Shown piece by piece: positions 55,671 to 64,000 of a stretch of 64,000 nucleotides of DNA. The first letter of the stretch is position 1. Each line of letters opens with the position of its first letter. This DNA is from an uncultured Pseudobdellovibrionaceae bacterium (lineage in GTDB: Bacteria; Bdellovibrionota; FAC87; UBA2466). The notes beneath the pieces are model-generated. The model did not search any database, was not told the DNA's origin, and worked only from the letters and a program-made list of their open reading frames with translations. The DNA is taken from NCBI GenBank assembly GCA_964653655.1, contig CAZZHG010000009.1:11301-75300 (forward strand). The letters run 5' to 3'. The position numbers were made by a program, and so were the translations under genes.

Positions 55671-57341
55671 GTGAATCGTACGTTGTTTGCTTTCCTGGTT
55701 CTCTTTTCCGGCGCGCTTTCCGCCGCCGAGCCGACCGTTTTCCGCGCGAGATACGTAGAGGACGCTCGCGGCACGAAGACGCTGATCGATCTCAAGGAAA
55801 TTCCGGCTTATAACATCCGGCCTCTTCGCTCCGTCGAAGAGGTTCAGTACCCGCGCTACATCGCCGAGCACACCGGCATGGGCGGCGGAAGAGTGGTCGA
55901 GCTGACGGCGGTGAAACGCGAAGATCTCGCGCGTCTATTGAAGTCGCGCGGAGTGGGGCGGGCGGCGGTGAGCCGGGGAGGAAGCGACGAAGTCGTCACG
56001 CTGATCAACTCGGGTCCCTCGAAGAACCGTATCGATCTTGTTTTCATGGGCGACGGCTATACGGCCGCCGAGCGCCAAAAGTTTTTCGACGACATCAAGC
56101 GCATGGTGACGGAGCTTTTCGCCGGCGACACGCTTCGCTCTTACCTTCCCGTCTTCAACGTCCACGCGGTTTTCCGCGCCTCGGCGGAGTCGGGTATCGG
56201 AAAGAACAACCGGCCGAAGAATACCGCGTACAGGCTCTACCGCGAAGGCGATACGCTTCGGGCGATTTTCCCGGGCGACAGCTCCGCCGCTCACGATTCG
56301 TGCAGCCAAGCTCCCGATTGCGATTATCCCATCGTCGTCGCGAACGATCCCTTCTACGGCGGTCTAGGCGGCGAGCTCGCCATCACGACCTCGTCGGTGA
56401 CGAGCGGAACCATGGTGCTTCGCCACGAGCTTGGCCACAACTTCGGGCGCGTGGGCGAAGAGTACGACGGCCAGGAAGCCACGTTCTTCGGCGCGAATTT
56501 CAGCTCTTCGCTTTCGGGCATTAAATGGAGCGAATGGCTGTCGGGTCCCGCGAAGGCGGAGCCGGTGAACGCGCTCTTTCTGGACTGGCCTTGGCATCGT
56601 TTGTCCTCGGGCCCATATAAGTCGCGCTTTGCCGCTTCGGGCAGCGCCGCGGCGACCACCGTGACGTTCAGCTCTTCGGGAACGGCGCGCGATGCCGATC
56701 TCGCCGTCACCATTGACGGCAAGGTGTTGCCGTTCAAAGGGCCGGGGCACCCGGACCGCACGTTCCATATCCTTACGTGGAACCAGGGTTTCCCCGACGG
56801 CCCGCACGAGCTGCACTTCGTGGAGGGCGCGAAAGACGGAGACAACGTCTTGTCGTCGATTGCGGTCCACGAGTACGCGAAGGACTATCACTTCGATTCC
56901 CGTTACGTCGGCGCTTACCCGATGTTCGCGAAAAGCGGCCGCGCCGTCGGCTTCCGCCCGACCCACGAGACGTGCCTCATGAGAAACATGAGCTCCACTC
57001 GCTTCTGCCCGGTCTGTCAGGAAAATAACTGGATGCAGTTCTTCTCGCGCATCCGGGTCATCGACGAAGTGAAAGCGGAGCGCGCGGGCACGAACTTGAA
57101 AGTGCGCGTGTACACGCCGGCGTTGGGCCAGCTCGCCCGCGTTCGGGACGGCAGAAGCCGTCTCGACGTGAAGTGGTTCCGCGACGGAAAAGAGGAGACG
57201 TCGCTCGCCGGGCAGTTCGCCTGGGAACGGGACGCGGCTTCCTCTAAAGGCAAATGGGCGGTGAACGTCGTGTTTCAAACCGACGAAGTCCGCCGCGATC
57301 CGAACAGCCGCCTTGCGGCCCGCTGGACGTTTGACCTCTAA
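55671..57341 (+). CDS. Secreted M64-family (IgA-peptidase-like) zinc metallopeptidase. GTG start after RBS GGGGGG
   Basis: Signal peptide. DLVFMGDGYT block and HELGHNFG (HExxH). Confidence 0.65.
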   Translation: MNRTLFAFLVLFSGALSAAEPTVFRARYVEDARGTKTLIDLKEIPAYNIRPLRSVEEVQYPRYIAEHTGMGGGRVVELTAVKREDLARLLKSRGVGRAAVSRGGSDEVVTLINSGPSKNRIDLVFMGDGYTAAERQKFFDDIKRMVTELFAGDTLRSYLPVFNVHAVFRASAESGIGKNNRPKNTAYRLYREGDTLRAIFPGDSSAAHDSCSQAPDCDYPIVVANDPFYGGLGGELAITTSSVTSGTMVLRHELGHNFGRVGEEYDGQEATFFGANFSSSLSGIKWSEWLSGPAKAEPVNALFLDWPWHRLSSGPYKSRFAASGSAAATTVTFSSSGTARDADLAVTIDGKVLPFKGPGHPDRTFHILTWNQGFPDGPHELHFVEGAKDGDNVLSSIAVHEYAKDYHFDSRYVGAYPMFAKSGRAVGFRPTHETCLMRNMSSTRFCPVCQENNWMQFFSRIRVIDEVKAERAGTNLKVRVYTPALGQLARVRDGRSRLDVKWFRDGKEETSLAGQFAWERDAASSKGKWAVNVVFQTDEVRRDPNSRLAARWTFDL

Positions 57342-57348
57342 AAAGAAT

Positions 57349-57375
57349 GGGGCCGCCGGCCGACGCCGGCGGCCC
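57349..57375. terminator. Bidirectional terminator hairpin (11-bp GC stem GGGCCGCCGGC / GCCGGCGGCCC) between convergent genes
   Basis: Flanked by an A-run on one side and a T-rich segment on the other. Confidence 0.55.
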
Positions 57376-57384
57376 GTATCCTTC

Positions 57385-57816
57385 TCAGGGTCCGAGGCGC
57401 GTCACCACGAAGCAACCGGTGTTGCCCGGGTTGTACACCTGGAACGTCTGGAAATTTGAGCCCTGAATCAAGTTGCGCATCCAAGCTGCGTTGGTGCTCG
57501 AGATGTAGGCCTGTTGCATCCGGCCGGGAAAGAGCCAGGCCGCCGATACGACGCCCGTCTGCCGGAGGCAGGTGGGTTCGTTCTGGCCGATCGCCCGATC
57601 CACCCAGGAGCACTGGCCGAGACCAAGACCCGCGCCCGCCGGGCCCGAGGCTTTCTGGAAATAGAAGAGACCCGCTCCGCCGTCGGTCGTCAGACCGAGA
57701 GTGCCGCCGCCGCCGCGGCAGACGAGGGGATAGGATTTGGGGGCGGCCAAGGCCGCGTCCGCGCCGAAGATCGCGCTGAGGGCGATAGCCCCGAGCGCCA
57801 AGAGTTTCAGATTCAT
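57385..57816 (-). CDS. Small secreted Gly-rich protein of unknown function
   Basis: Signal peptide MNLKLLALGAIALSAIFGADAALA. 143 aa. Confidence 0.45.
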   Translation of the reverse strand: MNLKLLALGAIALSAIFGADAALAAPKSYPLVCRGGGGTLGLTTDGGAGLFYFQKASGPAGAGLGLGQCSWVDRAIGQNEPTCLRQTGVVSAAWLFPGRMQQAYISSTNAAWMRNLIQGSNFQTFQVYNPGNTGCFVVTRLGP

Positions 57817-57907
57817 GGGAGAAGTCCTTTCGGAAAGTGAGGCCGTCAGTGGCCGTCACAGGAACACGCGTGGTGAGTGGGCAAACCGGCTCACCAGGGG
57901 AAAAATA

Positions 57908-58033
57908 CAGAGCGACAGCGAGAGCGAGCGCAAGGAAGGCATTTTGATCTCGTGAGGGCGTAAGTGCGGTCTTACGTTCTGGGCACGTGCGCTCCAAGGA
58001 ACGGTACCTTGCGCTCGCTCTCGCTGTCGCTCT
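57908..58033. repeat. 27-bp perfect inverted repeat (AGAGCGACAGCGAGAGCGAGCGCAAGG at 57908-57934; its reverse complement at 58007-58033) separated by a 72-bp spacer. MITE-like element or large RNA hairpin
   Basis: Read directly from the sequence. Intergenic, in the upstream region of the minus-strand gene starting at 57816. Confidence 0.5.
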
Positions 58034-58041
58034 TCCCCCTC

Positions 58042-59055
58042 TTAGTGGCGGGGGATGCTGAGCGCCGCTTCCTTCAACGCTTTCAGGATGAATTGCACGA
58101 AGGATGTGCCGGGCTCCCGCTCGATAGAAGCCGTTTGGGTTCGGTCGAACCATTCCTGATCCCGGTTGTCCGTGCGGGTGACGAAAGAAGATAGGAGATT
58201 GGTAAAAAAAGCGGACAGGGCGCTTCGGTCCTCGGTTTTTTTGATGTCGAAGCCGAGGTCCCGGTACTTCACGTAAACCCAGGAGTCGGCGTGGGTGCCG
58301 CGGATCGTGACCTTGCCGTGACCCTCTTCGAGCGTGCCCTTCAATTCCACTCCTTCACCCGGAATGAAGTAACGGTTCACGTCGGCCAGATTCTGATGCG
58401 TGATGAGCAAATCGAGGTCGAGGTTCTGCTCGAACGCGAAAAGAAAAGATTCCACGGACAGCTCGAAATGGCCGGTGCTTTCCAGGCGGCCCTTGGCCCA
58501 GGCGGTTGCCTTGATCTGCCTCATTTCGAAAGTGGAACCGACGGGGCCCGCCTGAGCGGAAATTCCGTGGAGCGCGAGGCTCGCGTCCGTGCCGTTGTGG
58601 CGGCGGAGGTAGGTGAAAGAGCCGTTCTGGATTTCGATTCCGTCCACCTCCACGTCGACACCCGCTCCCGATTTTCCCGTGTCGGCGCCTTCGTCTCTGT
58701 CTCCTTCGATGACTATCACTTCGGCGGCGACGACTTTGATCTCGCCGAGCCGGACCACGCTGCGAAGAAGTCTCCACGGCGAGACCGAAGCCTGGATGGA
58801 CTCGGCGCGGACGGTGACCTGAAGGGACTCGGCGGTGCCCACTTCGAAGGTCACGTTCGAAATCGAAACGGAAGAGGGAACTAGGCGAAGGCGAAGCGAA
58901 TCCAGTTCAACCCGGCAGCTGGGGCACTGCTTCGCCACAAAGGCGCGCACTACGTGTTTCGCGGCGAAGGGCGCGACGACTTCCTGGAAGAGGACGAACG
59001 CACAGGCGAGCAAGACTATCGTCAGCAGAATTCGCCGTCGGGTCGCCGGGAGCAT
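58042..59055 (-). CDS. Membrane-anchored protein of unknown function (AsmA/DUF748-like possible)
   Basis: N-terminal TM. 337 aa. Beta-rich. Confidence 0.4.
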   Translation of the reverse strand: MLPATRRRILLTIVLLACAFVLFQEVVAPFAAKHVVRAFVAKQCPSCRVELDSLRLRLVPSSVSISNVTFEVGTAESLQVTVRAESIQASVSPWRLLRSVVRLGEIKVVAAEVIVIEGDRDEGADTGKSGAGVDVEVDGIEIQNGSFTYLRRHNGTDASLALHGISAQAGPVGSTFEMRQIKATAWAKGRLESTGHFELSVESFLFAFEQNLDLDLLITHQNLADVNRYFIPGEGVELKGTLEEGHGKVTIRGTHADSWVYVKYRDLGFDIKKTEDRSALSAFFTNLLSSFVTRTDNRDQEWFDRTQTASIEREPGTSFVQFILKALKEAALSIPRH

Positions 59056-59092
59056 GGGGAGAGTTCTACCACAGAGATTAGTTCGGGGTTAC

Positions 59093-60379
59093 CTAGGGCA
59101 AGGAGCTCGGCCCCAGGTTCTCCGCCCGTACTTCGAAGGGCCAACGGTCTTGCTGTCTCGGATGGACGAGGAGGTGGCCGGTAGCGAGCTTGAGTATCGG
59201 TTTTTCCGCAGTTCCTCCGTCCAATTCCAAGCAGAAAAATACGAGCCATTTCTTGGCCGGGTCCACCGCGGTCATTCTCGCGAAGAGATCCAGGTTGATG
59301 TCTTGCAATTCTGTGTTTCTCGCCATGGGCCGGCCGACTCCGTTGCGGGGGCAGCCGGTGGGCGCAAGGTTGGAATCGTATCTGTAGTGGACCCAAATCC
59401 TTCCGGCGCTTACCGTCTGCTGCAGCAATTGGGCCCTGATCCGGATGTTCGCGGCGTCGCCGCCGGCGACGGAAATCGACTTCAGATAGCCCCGGGTTCC
59501 GGAGTGAAACACGGAACGCCGGCGGCCGCTTGAGTCCATGGCATCGATTTGGGCGAAATTTTGGGATCGGTAGACTGCCCCTTCGGGCGTTTTCACGCAG
59601 AAGTGGATTCGGTAAGGCAACCTGGGATCGAGCCCGGTGATGAGCCAGGTAAAGGAATCGCGGAGGGCGAAACCAGCCTCTCCTCCCGCCGGGCATTGGA
59701 AATCCGGGACCGAGGAAGAATCGGCCTTTTGTACGACGTAGCCCAGAACTAAGTTCGGGTATGGTTCTATCCCATCGATTATCTGCCCCCGGACTTGGAA
59801 TTGAGTGCCCGCGAAGATACGAGGATTGGGTTGCGCCATCACCGCCTCTAGCTCGAGGGTCTGGAAAATTCCGACGCCCGTATCCACGTCGGTCGTGTAA
59901 GGCACCGGTTGGCTCTGCCGGCTGTCCTTCACGAGCACGTCCACGCGCAAAAGCGACGGAACGAAATCGTATTGGCAGATGAGGGTGGAGGGGAGCTCGC
60001 CGGCTACGCAACCCGGATCGCGGTTTTCCTCGCCCGGAAGGTTCACTCTCCAGTCGAAGGAAATCTCCGGCGCCACCGCCACGGGCTCCTTCGGAACTCC
60101 GTTTACCACGACCAGAAACCGGCAACCGAGGCTTCCGGATTCCGCCCGCTGATCGAACTCGCAGCTCAACGCGAGATTTTCGGCGCTGTGCAAAATGGAT
60201 CTGGAACTGGAGCCGCCGGAAATGGGAACGGGCTGGCTTGCCACCGTTTCCTCGGTGGTTTCCTGCGCTCCGTTCGAATTGATGATCCGGGAAGTGCCGT
60301 CCTTGCCCGGGGTCACCAGGCATCCGGACAAGGCTAGGAGGGAGAAAGCGGCTATCAGGTCACGTGCAGCAATCCGCAT
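59093..60379 (-). CDS. Lipoprotein of unknown function
   Basis: Lipobox LALSGC. About 428 aa. Confidence 0.45.
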   Translation of the reverse strand: MRIAARDLIAAFSLLALSGCLVTPGKDGTSRIINSNGAQETTEETVASQPVPISGGSSSRSILHSAENLALSCEFDQRAESGSLGCRFLVVVNGVPKEPVAVAPEISFDWRVNLPGEENRDPGCVAGELPSTLICQYDFVPSLLRVDVLVKDSRQSQPVPYTTDVDTGVGIFQTLELEAVMAQPNPRIFAGTQFQVRGQIIDGIEPYPNLVLGYVVQKADSSSVPDFQCPAGGEAGFALRDSFTWLITGLDPRLPYRIHFCVKTPEGAVYRSQNFAQIDAMDSSGRRRSVFHSGTRGYLKSISVAGGDAANIRIRAQLLQQTVSAGRIWVHYRYDSNLAPTGCPRNGVGRPMARNTELQDINLDLFARMTAVDPAKKWLVFFCLELDGGTAEKPILKLATGHLLVHPRQQDRWPFEVRAENLGPSSLP

Positions 60380-60505
60380 AGAACCCAAGGATATCGCAAG
60401 ATTATGTGGTCATTGTGAGGTTGTTTTCATGATTGGATTCAAGTAGTTAGTCTGGAAAGGAAAAGTGTCTCAGAGGGGGCTTCCCGCGCGTCGATAAAGT
60501 ATAAG

Positions 60506-62719
60506 GTGAAATCCGGGAAGCTGAAATTAGCCGCCGACCCGCGTTCGCGCCGGGATGCGCTCGCCGTCGCGGCCTCAGTCTGGCTGGTGGGAGTGCTCGT
60601 TTTCTTCGCTTCCCCCCTCGGCCGGGACCTCGAAGAGCGCATCGCTCTGCCGGTCTCCTTTCAGTTCCGCCACTGGGCAGGCAAGTCTCCGAGTCTCGAC
60701 TCGCGGATCAAGATTTACGCGGTCGACGATGCGACCGTGCAGTTTCTAAAGCGCGAAGATCTGACCCTTCAGGAATGGTTGAAAGTTTTGAACGAGCTCG
60801 TGCCGACCCGGCCGAAGGCCGTCGTGTTCGATCGCGTGTTCAGCAATCCTCTCGGTGTGGAGCACGCGGACGAATTCGTCACGGGAGTCAAAGCGCTGCC
60901 TTTTCCCGTTTACGCCGGAGCTTTTTCCTCCGGTGCCCCCATCAACGGTTTGAAAGCGCTTGAAACGGATAGAAGCGAATGGGATTTGCGTGAGGCTCCG
61001 GGCGGAGGAGATCTCGCCGCGTGGGACTGGCTGTCGATTTCACCCGGAACTCCCTACGGCCCGAACCCGGCCATCTTGGGCGCTTTCCGCGGGCTCGGTC
61101 ACCTTCACCACGAAGGCCCGTACTTCACGCCGTGGGTTCGCTTCAGCCAGAAAGGAGCGATTCCGTTTCTCGCGCTTCTTCCCACCGGCGGGGATCCGGG
61201 CAAAGTTCGCCGGGCGGTGGTCGATTTCATGCACCCCGCGCGGTACTACGAGCGAACGGCTGCGTTGAAGAGTCTTCTAAAAGGTAAAACTCCGCAGGTC
61301 GAGGAGGGCTCCATCGTTTTGTTTCTCACTCACATGCACACGGGGGGAACGGATTTTCACGATAGCCCCTTCGGCCGCATTCCCGGCGGGTACTGGATAG
61401 CAAGCGTATTGAATAGCTCGCTGTCGCATCGGTGGCTGCGGCCAGTTCCCTGGCCCGCCGTCAGCCTGTTTACCGCCTGCGCTTTCGGCGCTGCCGTCGG
61501 GCTCGTCGTCCACACGCTTTCTTTCTGGTCGTTGATGGTCACGGGCCTTCTCGGATTTCTCACCTTCGGCCTCGCCGGCTTCTCCTGGCTCGGTCTCGCG
61601 ACTCCCTGGCTCGCCTGCGTTACGGGTTTCGGTACGGCGGGGTTGTTGACGTTCTTTCTCGGACACCGCCGCCGGGAAGCGGAGTGGGAGCTCCTGCAAG
61701 TTTGTCTCGAAGGCGCGCTGCCCTCCGGCGAGCTGAGAAAGTGGATCGGCCGCGGCGAACGGCTCATGAAGCCGAGCGGGCAGGTTCTGTCGATTCTGTT
61801 TCTCGACATCGTCGGCTTCTCCCGTGTGGCCGAGCGCCAGAGCCCCGAGGAGGCCTTCGCGCACCTGCGCGATCTGATCACCTGGATTACGAATCTCGTG
61901 CACGAGCACGGGGGAATCGTCGATAAAACGCTTGGCGACGGCTTACTTTGCTTCTTCGGGCTCTCGGGCGAGGAGAAGGCCGTGCGCCACGCCGACCAGG
62001 CCCTTCGCTGCGCGGTCCGCATCCAGCGCGAAAGCGCGAAGCGCATGATCGAGCGGGGCCGGGCCAACCAGCCGGTCTTCCCGCTCCGCATCGGCATCAA
62101 CACGGCGGGTGTGTTTCTCGGAAACCTCGGCAGCGGCAAGCGCATCGATCTGACGGTCATCGGGCAGGGGGTGAATCTCGCCCGCCGTTACGAAGAAGCG
62201 TGCGAAACGGGCCGCATTCTCATCGGCAGGAGCACTTCCGATTTGCTTTTAGGCGGAGTCGAGTCGGGCGTTTCCCTCGTCGATCGGTGGATCTCCATCA
62301 AGCACGTCACCGAATTGCAGAAGGTGATCGAAGTGGATCCCTTCGAGCAGGACCCGAGGCTTCTCTCGGAGGCCATCGCCGCCCACCGCAAGTTCCTCGG
62401 AGTCGAGCGGGTGGACGAGCGCTGGACCATCCCGGCGGGCGTGAATCTTTCCCTTCAGTCTCCCCTCGGCCAAGGGGTCGTGGTGAACTTCTCCCAGTCC
62501 GGTCTCGGTATCCGGTTCTCCCGTTTCCTCGGCAAGTCGAGCATGATCCCGCTGCAGGTTGCGGACACGGATCTCATCTGCGAGGTCCGCTGGGGAACGG
62601 CGATGAAGGCCCCTCAAGGCGCTTACTACCTGGGGCTCGAGATCAAGAATCTCACCTTCGAACAGCGCAAGGTCTGGGTCGAGGCGATGCGCAGGACGCT
62701 CACGAAAAGCGCCGCTTAG
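60506..62719 (+). CDS. CHASE2 sensor domain-containing class III adenylate/guanylate cyclase with a C-terminal extension
   Basis: N-terminal extracytoplasmic CHASE2-like region, a cluster of TM helices, and a cyclase core (ILFLDIVGFSRV, TLGDGLLCFFG). Confidence 0.65.
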   Translation: MKSGKLKLAADPRSRRDALAVAASVWLVGVLVFFASPLGRDLEERIALPVSFQFRHWAGKSPSLDSRIKIYAVDDATVQFLKREDLTLQEWLKVLNELVPTRPKAVVFDRVFSNPLGVEHADEFVTGVKALPFPVYAGAFSSGAPINGLKALETDRSEWDLREAPGGGDLAAWDWLSISPGTPYGPNPAILGAFRGLGHLHHEGPYFTPWVRFSQKGAIPFLALLPTGGDPGKVRRAVVDFMHPARYYERTAALKSLLKGKTPQVEEGSIVLFLTHMHTGGTDFHDSPFGRIPGGYWIASVLNSSLSHRWLRPVPWPAVSLFTACAFGAAVGLVVHTLSFWSLMVTGLLGFLTFGLAGFSWLGLATPWLACVTGFGTAGLLTFFLGHRRREAEWELLQVCLEGALPSGELRKWIGRGERLMKPSGQVLSILFLDIVGFSRVAERQSPEEAFAHLRDLITWITNLVHEHGGIVDKTLGDGLLCFFGLSGEEKAVRHADQALRCAVRIQRESAKRMIERGRANQPVFPLRIGINTAGVFLGNLGSGKRIDLTVIGQGVNLARRYEEACETGRILIGRSTSDLLLGGVESGVSLVDRWISIKHVTELQKVIEVDPFEQDPRLLSEAIAAHRKFLGVERVDERWTIPAGVNLSLQSPLGQGVVVNFSQSGLGIRFSRFLGKSSMIPLQVADTDLICEVRWGTAMKAPQGAYYLGLEIKNLTFEQRKVWVEAMRRTLTKSAA

Positions 62720-63912
62720 TGCCCTGTCTCCTGGGCCGCCTTCTCGATTCTTTCCTTCCGTAACTTGTCCAGCCGGGCTTTCAGCTCGCAATAGACGTTT
62801 TCGAACTGCTCGCGGCGCATGTGGCGATCCGACCACGACACCGTCTCGACGGTATACTCCGGAAAAGTATCGATCCTTCCCGACGGCGGAATGATCTGCT
62901 CGAGCTCCTCGGTGGTGGCGCCAAGCTCTCTTGCGGCCGACGAGAACGTCAGGTTGCCGTTGTAGTGGCGGAAGTAATCCGGGAGCAGCGTCACGGCCGA
63001 GGCTTTGTCCGAGGCCTCCGCGACGAATGCCTTGGATTCCTTCAGGGCGGAAAGGTAGCCTTCCCGGGTTTTCTCGGCTCTATCGACGAACGATTTCGCG
63101 GGGCCGTAGTACTCGTCGACCTTGTCCTTGTAGGCCTTATAGGTCGGAAAATCCTTCTTCAGCTCGGCGTCGGCGTCATATTCCTTCTCGGTCAGCGCCC
63201 AGTCCGCGGGATCCTGAAAAGTTCCTTCTTCCGGAGAGCGCATCATTTCCCGGTGGCAGTGAAGGCAGCTGGCGGGGTTTCGGATGAAGGGACCGAGCTT
63301 CGACTCCGAATCGTTCACCAGGGAGTCCGGGGCGGCGGCAAGCGATCCTCCGTCGCTCTTGTAGAGAGCGAAGACGGGATAGCGGTTCTTCTTCGCCCAG
63401 ATGAACTCTCCGCCCGTGTAATTGAAGTCGTGGGGGTTTTTTCGATAGTCTCCCTTTTTTACTTTCAGCTTGTTCGCTTCATCGACGGCGAAGTCGTAGG
63501 TCCCGAAGAACTCGAGGCCCGCCTTCTTTTTTTGCGGCTGGACGCTTCCGACCCGGCCCACGTGGGCGACGCCCGAAATGGGGGCCACCGAATTGGCTCT
63601 CTCCTTACTTTTCGGCCGCATGGTTAGGTCGATTCCGAGCTGCTTTTCGAGCTCCGCCGTCGTATCCGGCATTCCGACGAGCTCCCGGTAAAACGTGTCG
63701 TTGAGCACGGTGGAGATTAGCCAGTCGAGCCGGATCTCGGCTTTGTCGTCGAATCCGCACTGGTACGGATTGCGGGCCATCAGGCGGGCGAGGTTTTCCA
63801 CCGGAAGAAACGGCGCGAGATCGTAGCGGCCCTGCCCGCTTTCCCTCGCGGGCTTCGGGGTTTCGTTCGTGCCGATGAAATTGAGGACGTAGTTCAGAAG
63901 CCGCTTTTTCAC
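62716..63912 (-). CDS. Protein with one CxxCH haem-binding motif (CLHCH). Unknown function; it may extend N-terminally
   Basis: 398-aa ORF. No signal peptide recognised in the listed frame. Confidence 0.4.
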   Translation of the reverse strand: MKKRLLNYVLNFIGTNETPKPARESGQGRYDLAPFLPVENLARLMARNPYQCGFDDKAEIRLDWLISTVLNDTFYRELVGMPDTTAELEKQLGIDLTMRPKSKERANSVAPISGVAHVGRVGSVQPQKKKAGLEFFGTYDFAVDEANKLKVKKGDYRKNPHDFNYTGGEFIWAKKNRYPVFALYKSDGGSLAAAPDSLVNDSESKLGPFIRNPASCLHCHREMMRSPEEGTFQDPADWALTEKEYDADAELKKDFPTYKAYKDKVDEYYGPAKSFVDRAEKTREGYLSALKESKAFVAEASDKASAVTLLPDYFRHYNGNLTFSSAARELGATTEELEQIIPPSGRIDTFPEYTVETVSWSDRHMRREQFENVYCELKARLDKLRKERIEKAAQETGH

Positions 63913-64000
63913 GTCCGTTTCGGATAGAGGCTTTCCGTTCTCGTCGACGAAGGGACGATCTCGGAAGGAGTCGGGATAGACGATATCGTCGAGGCGGACC

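Noticed and set aside
61357-62160. 267-aa and 210-aa ORFs antisense to the CHASE2 cyclase
   Set aside because: The cyclase has unambiguous catalytic motifs on the + strand.
1-64000. CRISPR arrays, rRNA, transposases, IS elements
   Set aside because: None seen. There are no regularly spaced short direct repeats and no DDE/tyrosine recombinase-like ORFs.

Overview
This is a 64-kb stretch of a high-GC (roughly 60-65% by eye) bacterial chromosome. It is gene-dense, with genes on both strands. I found no rRNA, CRISPR array, transposase or integrase. There is one tRNA-Pro(CGG) at 25431-25507.

The recognisable core genes are:
- a B12-dependent lysine 5,6-aminomutase operon (kamD-kamE), translationally coupled to a MoxR-type AAA+ ATPase and followed by a VWA protein;
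- envelope and housekeeping genes: ddl, a gshB-like ATP-grasp, pepP, a GT9 heptosyltransferase, MlaC-like, DUF374, an S41 C-terminal protease, a CPBP protease, GST, YaeQ, PhnA, YggU/DUF167, a Fur-family regulator and a TetR regulator;
- a CHASE2-adenylate cyclase and PilZ-containing proteins.

The window also carries an unusually large set of signal-peptide and lipoprotein genes of unknown function. Many contain internal repeats or are Cys-rich. They include secreted M14, M64 and papain-like peptidases, a secreted NUDIX hydrolase, a collagen-like lipoprotein, a Tat-exported flavin amine oxidase, tandem DUF4189-like proteins and a 3xDUF1036 protein.

The TIGR02147-type HTH regulator together with the secretome suggests a Bdellovibrionota/Myxococcota-like, possibly predatory, lineage. 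That is inference only.

The candidates I consider most interesting are:
- the kamDE-MoxR-VWA module, as a possible new type of B12-enzyme reactivase;
- an AT-rich cassette of paralogous lipoproteins flanking a TIGR02147 regulator;
- a secreted NUDIX hydrolase inside a cluster of small secreted proteins;
- a 27-bp perfect inverted-repeat element;
- a low-GC Cys-rich gene inserted next to tRNA-Pro.

All calls come from reading the ORF translations and the nucleotide sequence. No database search was possible.
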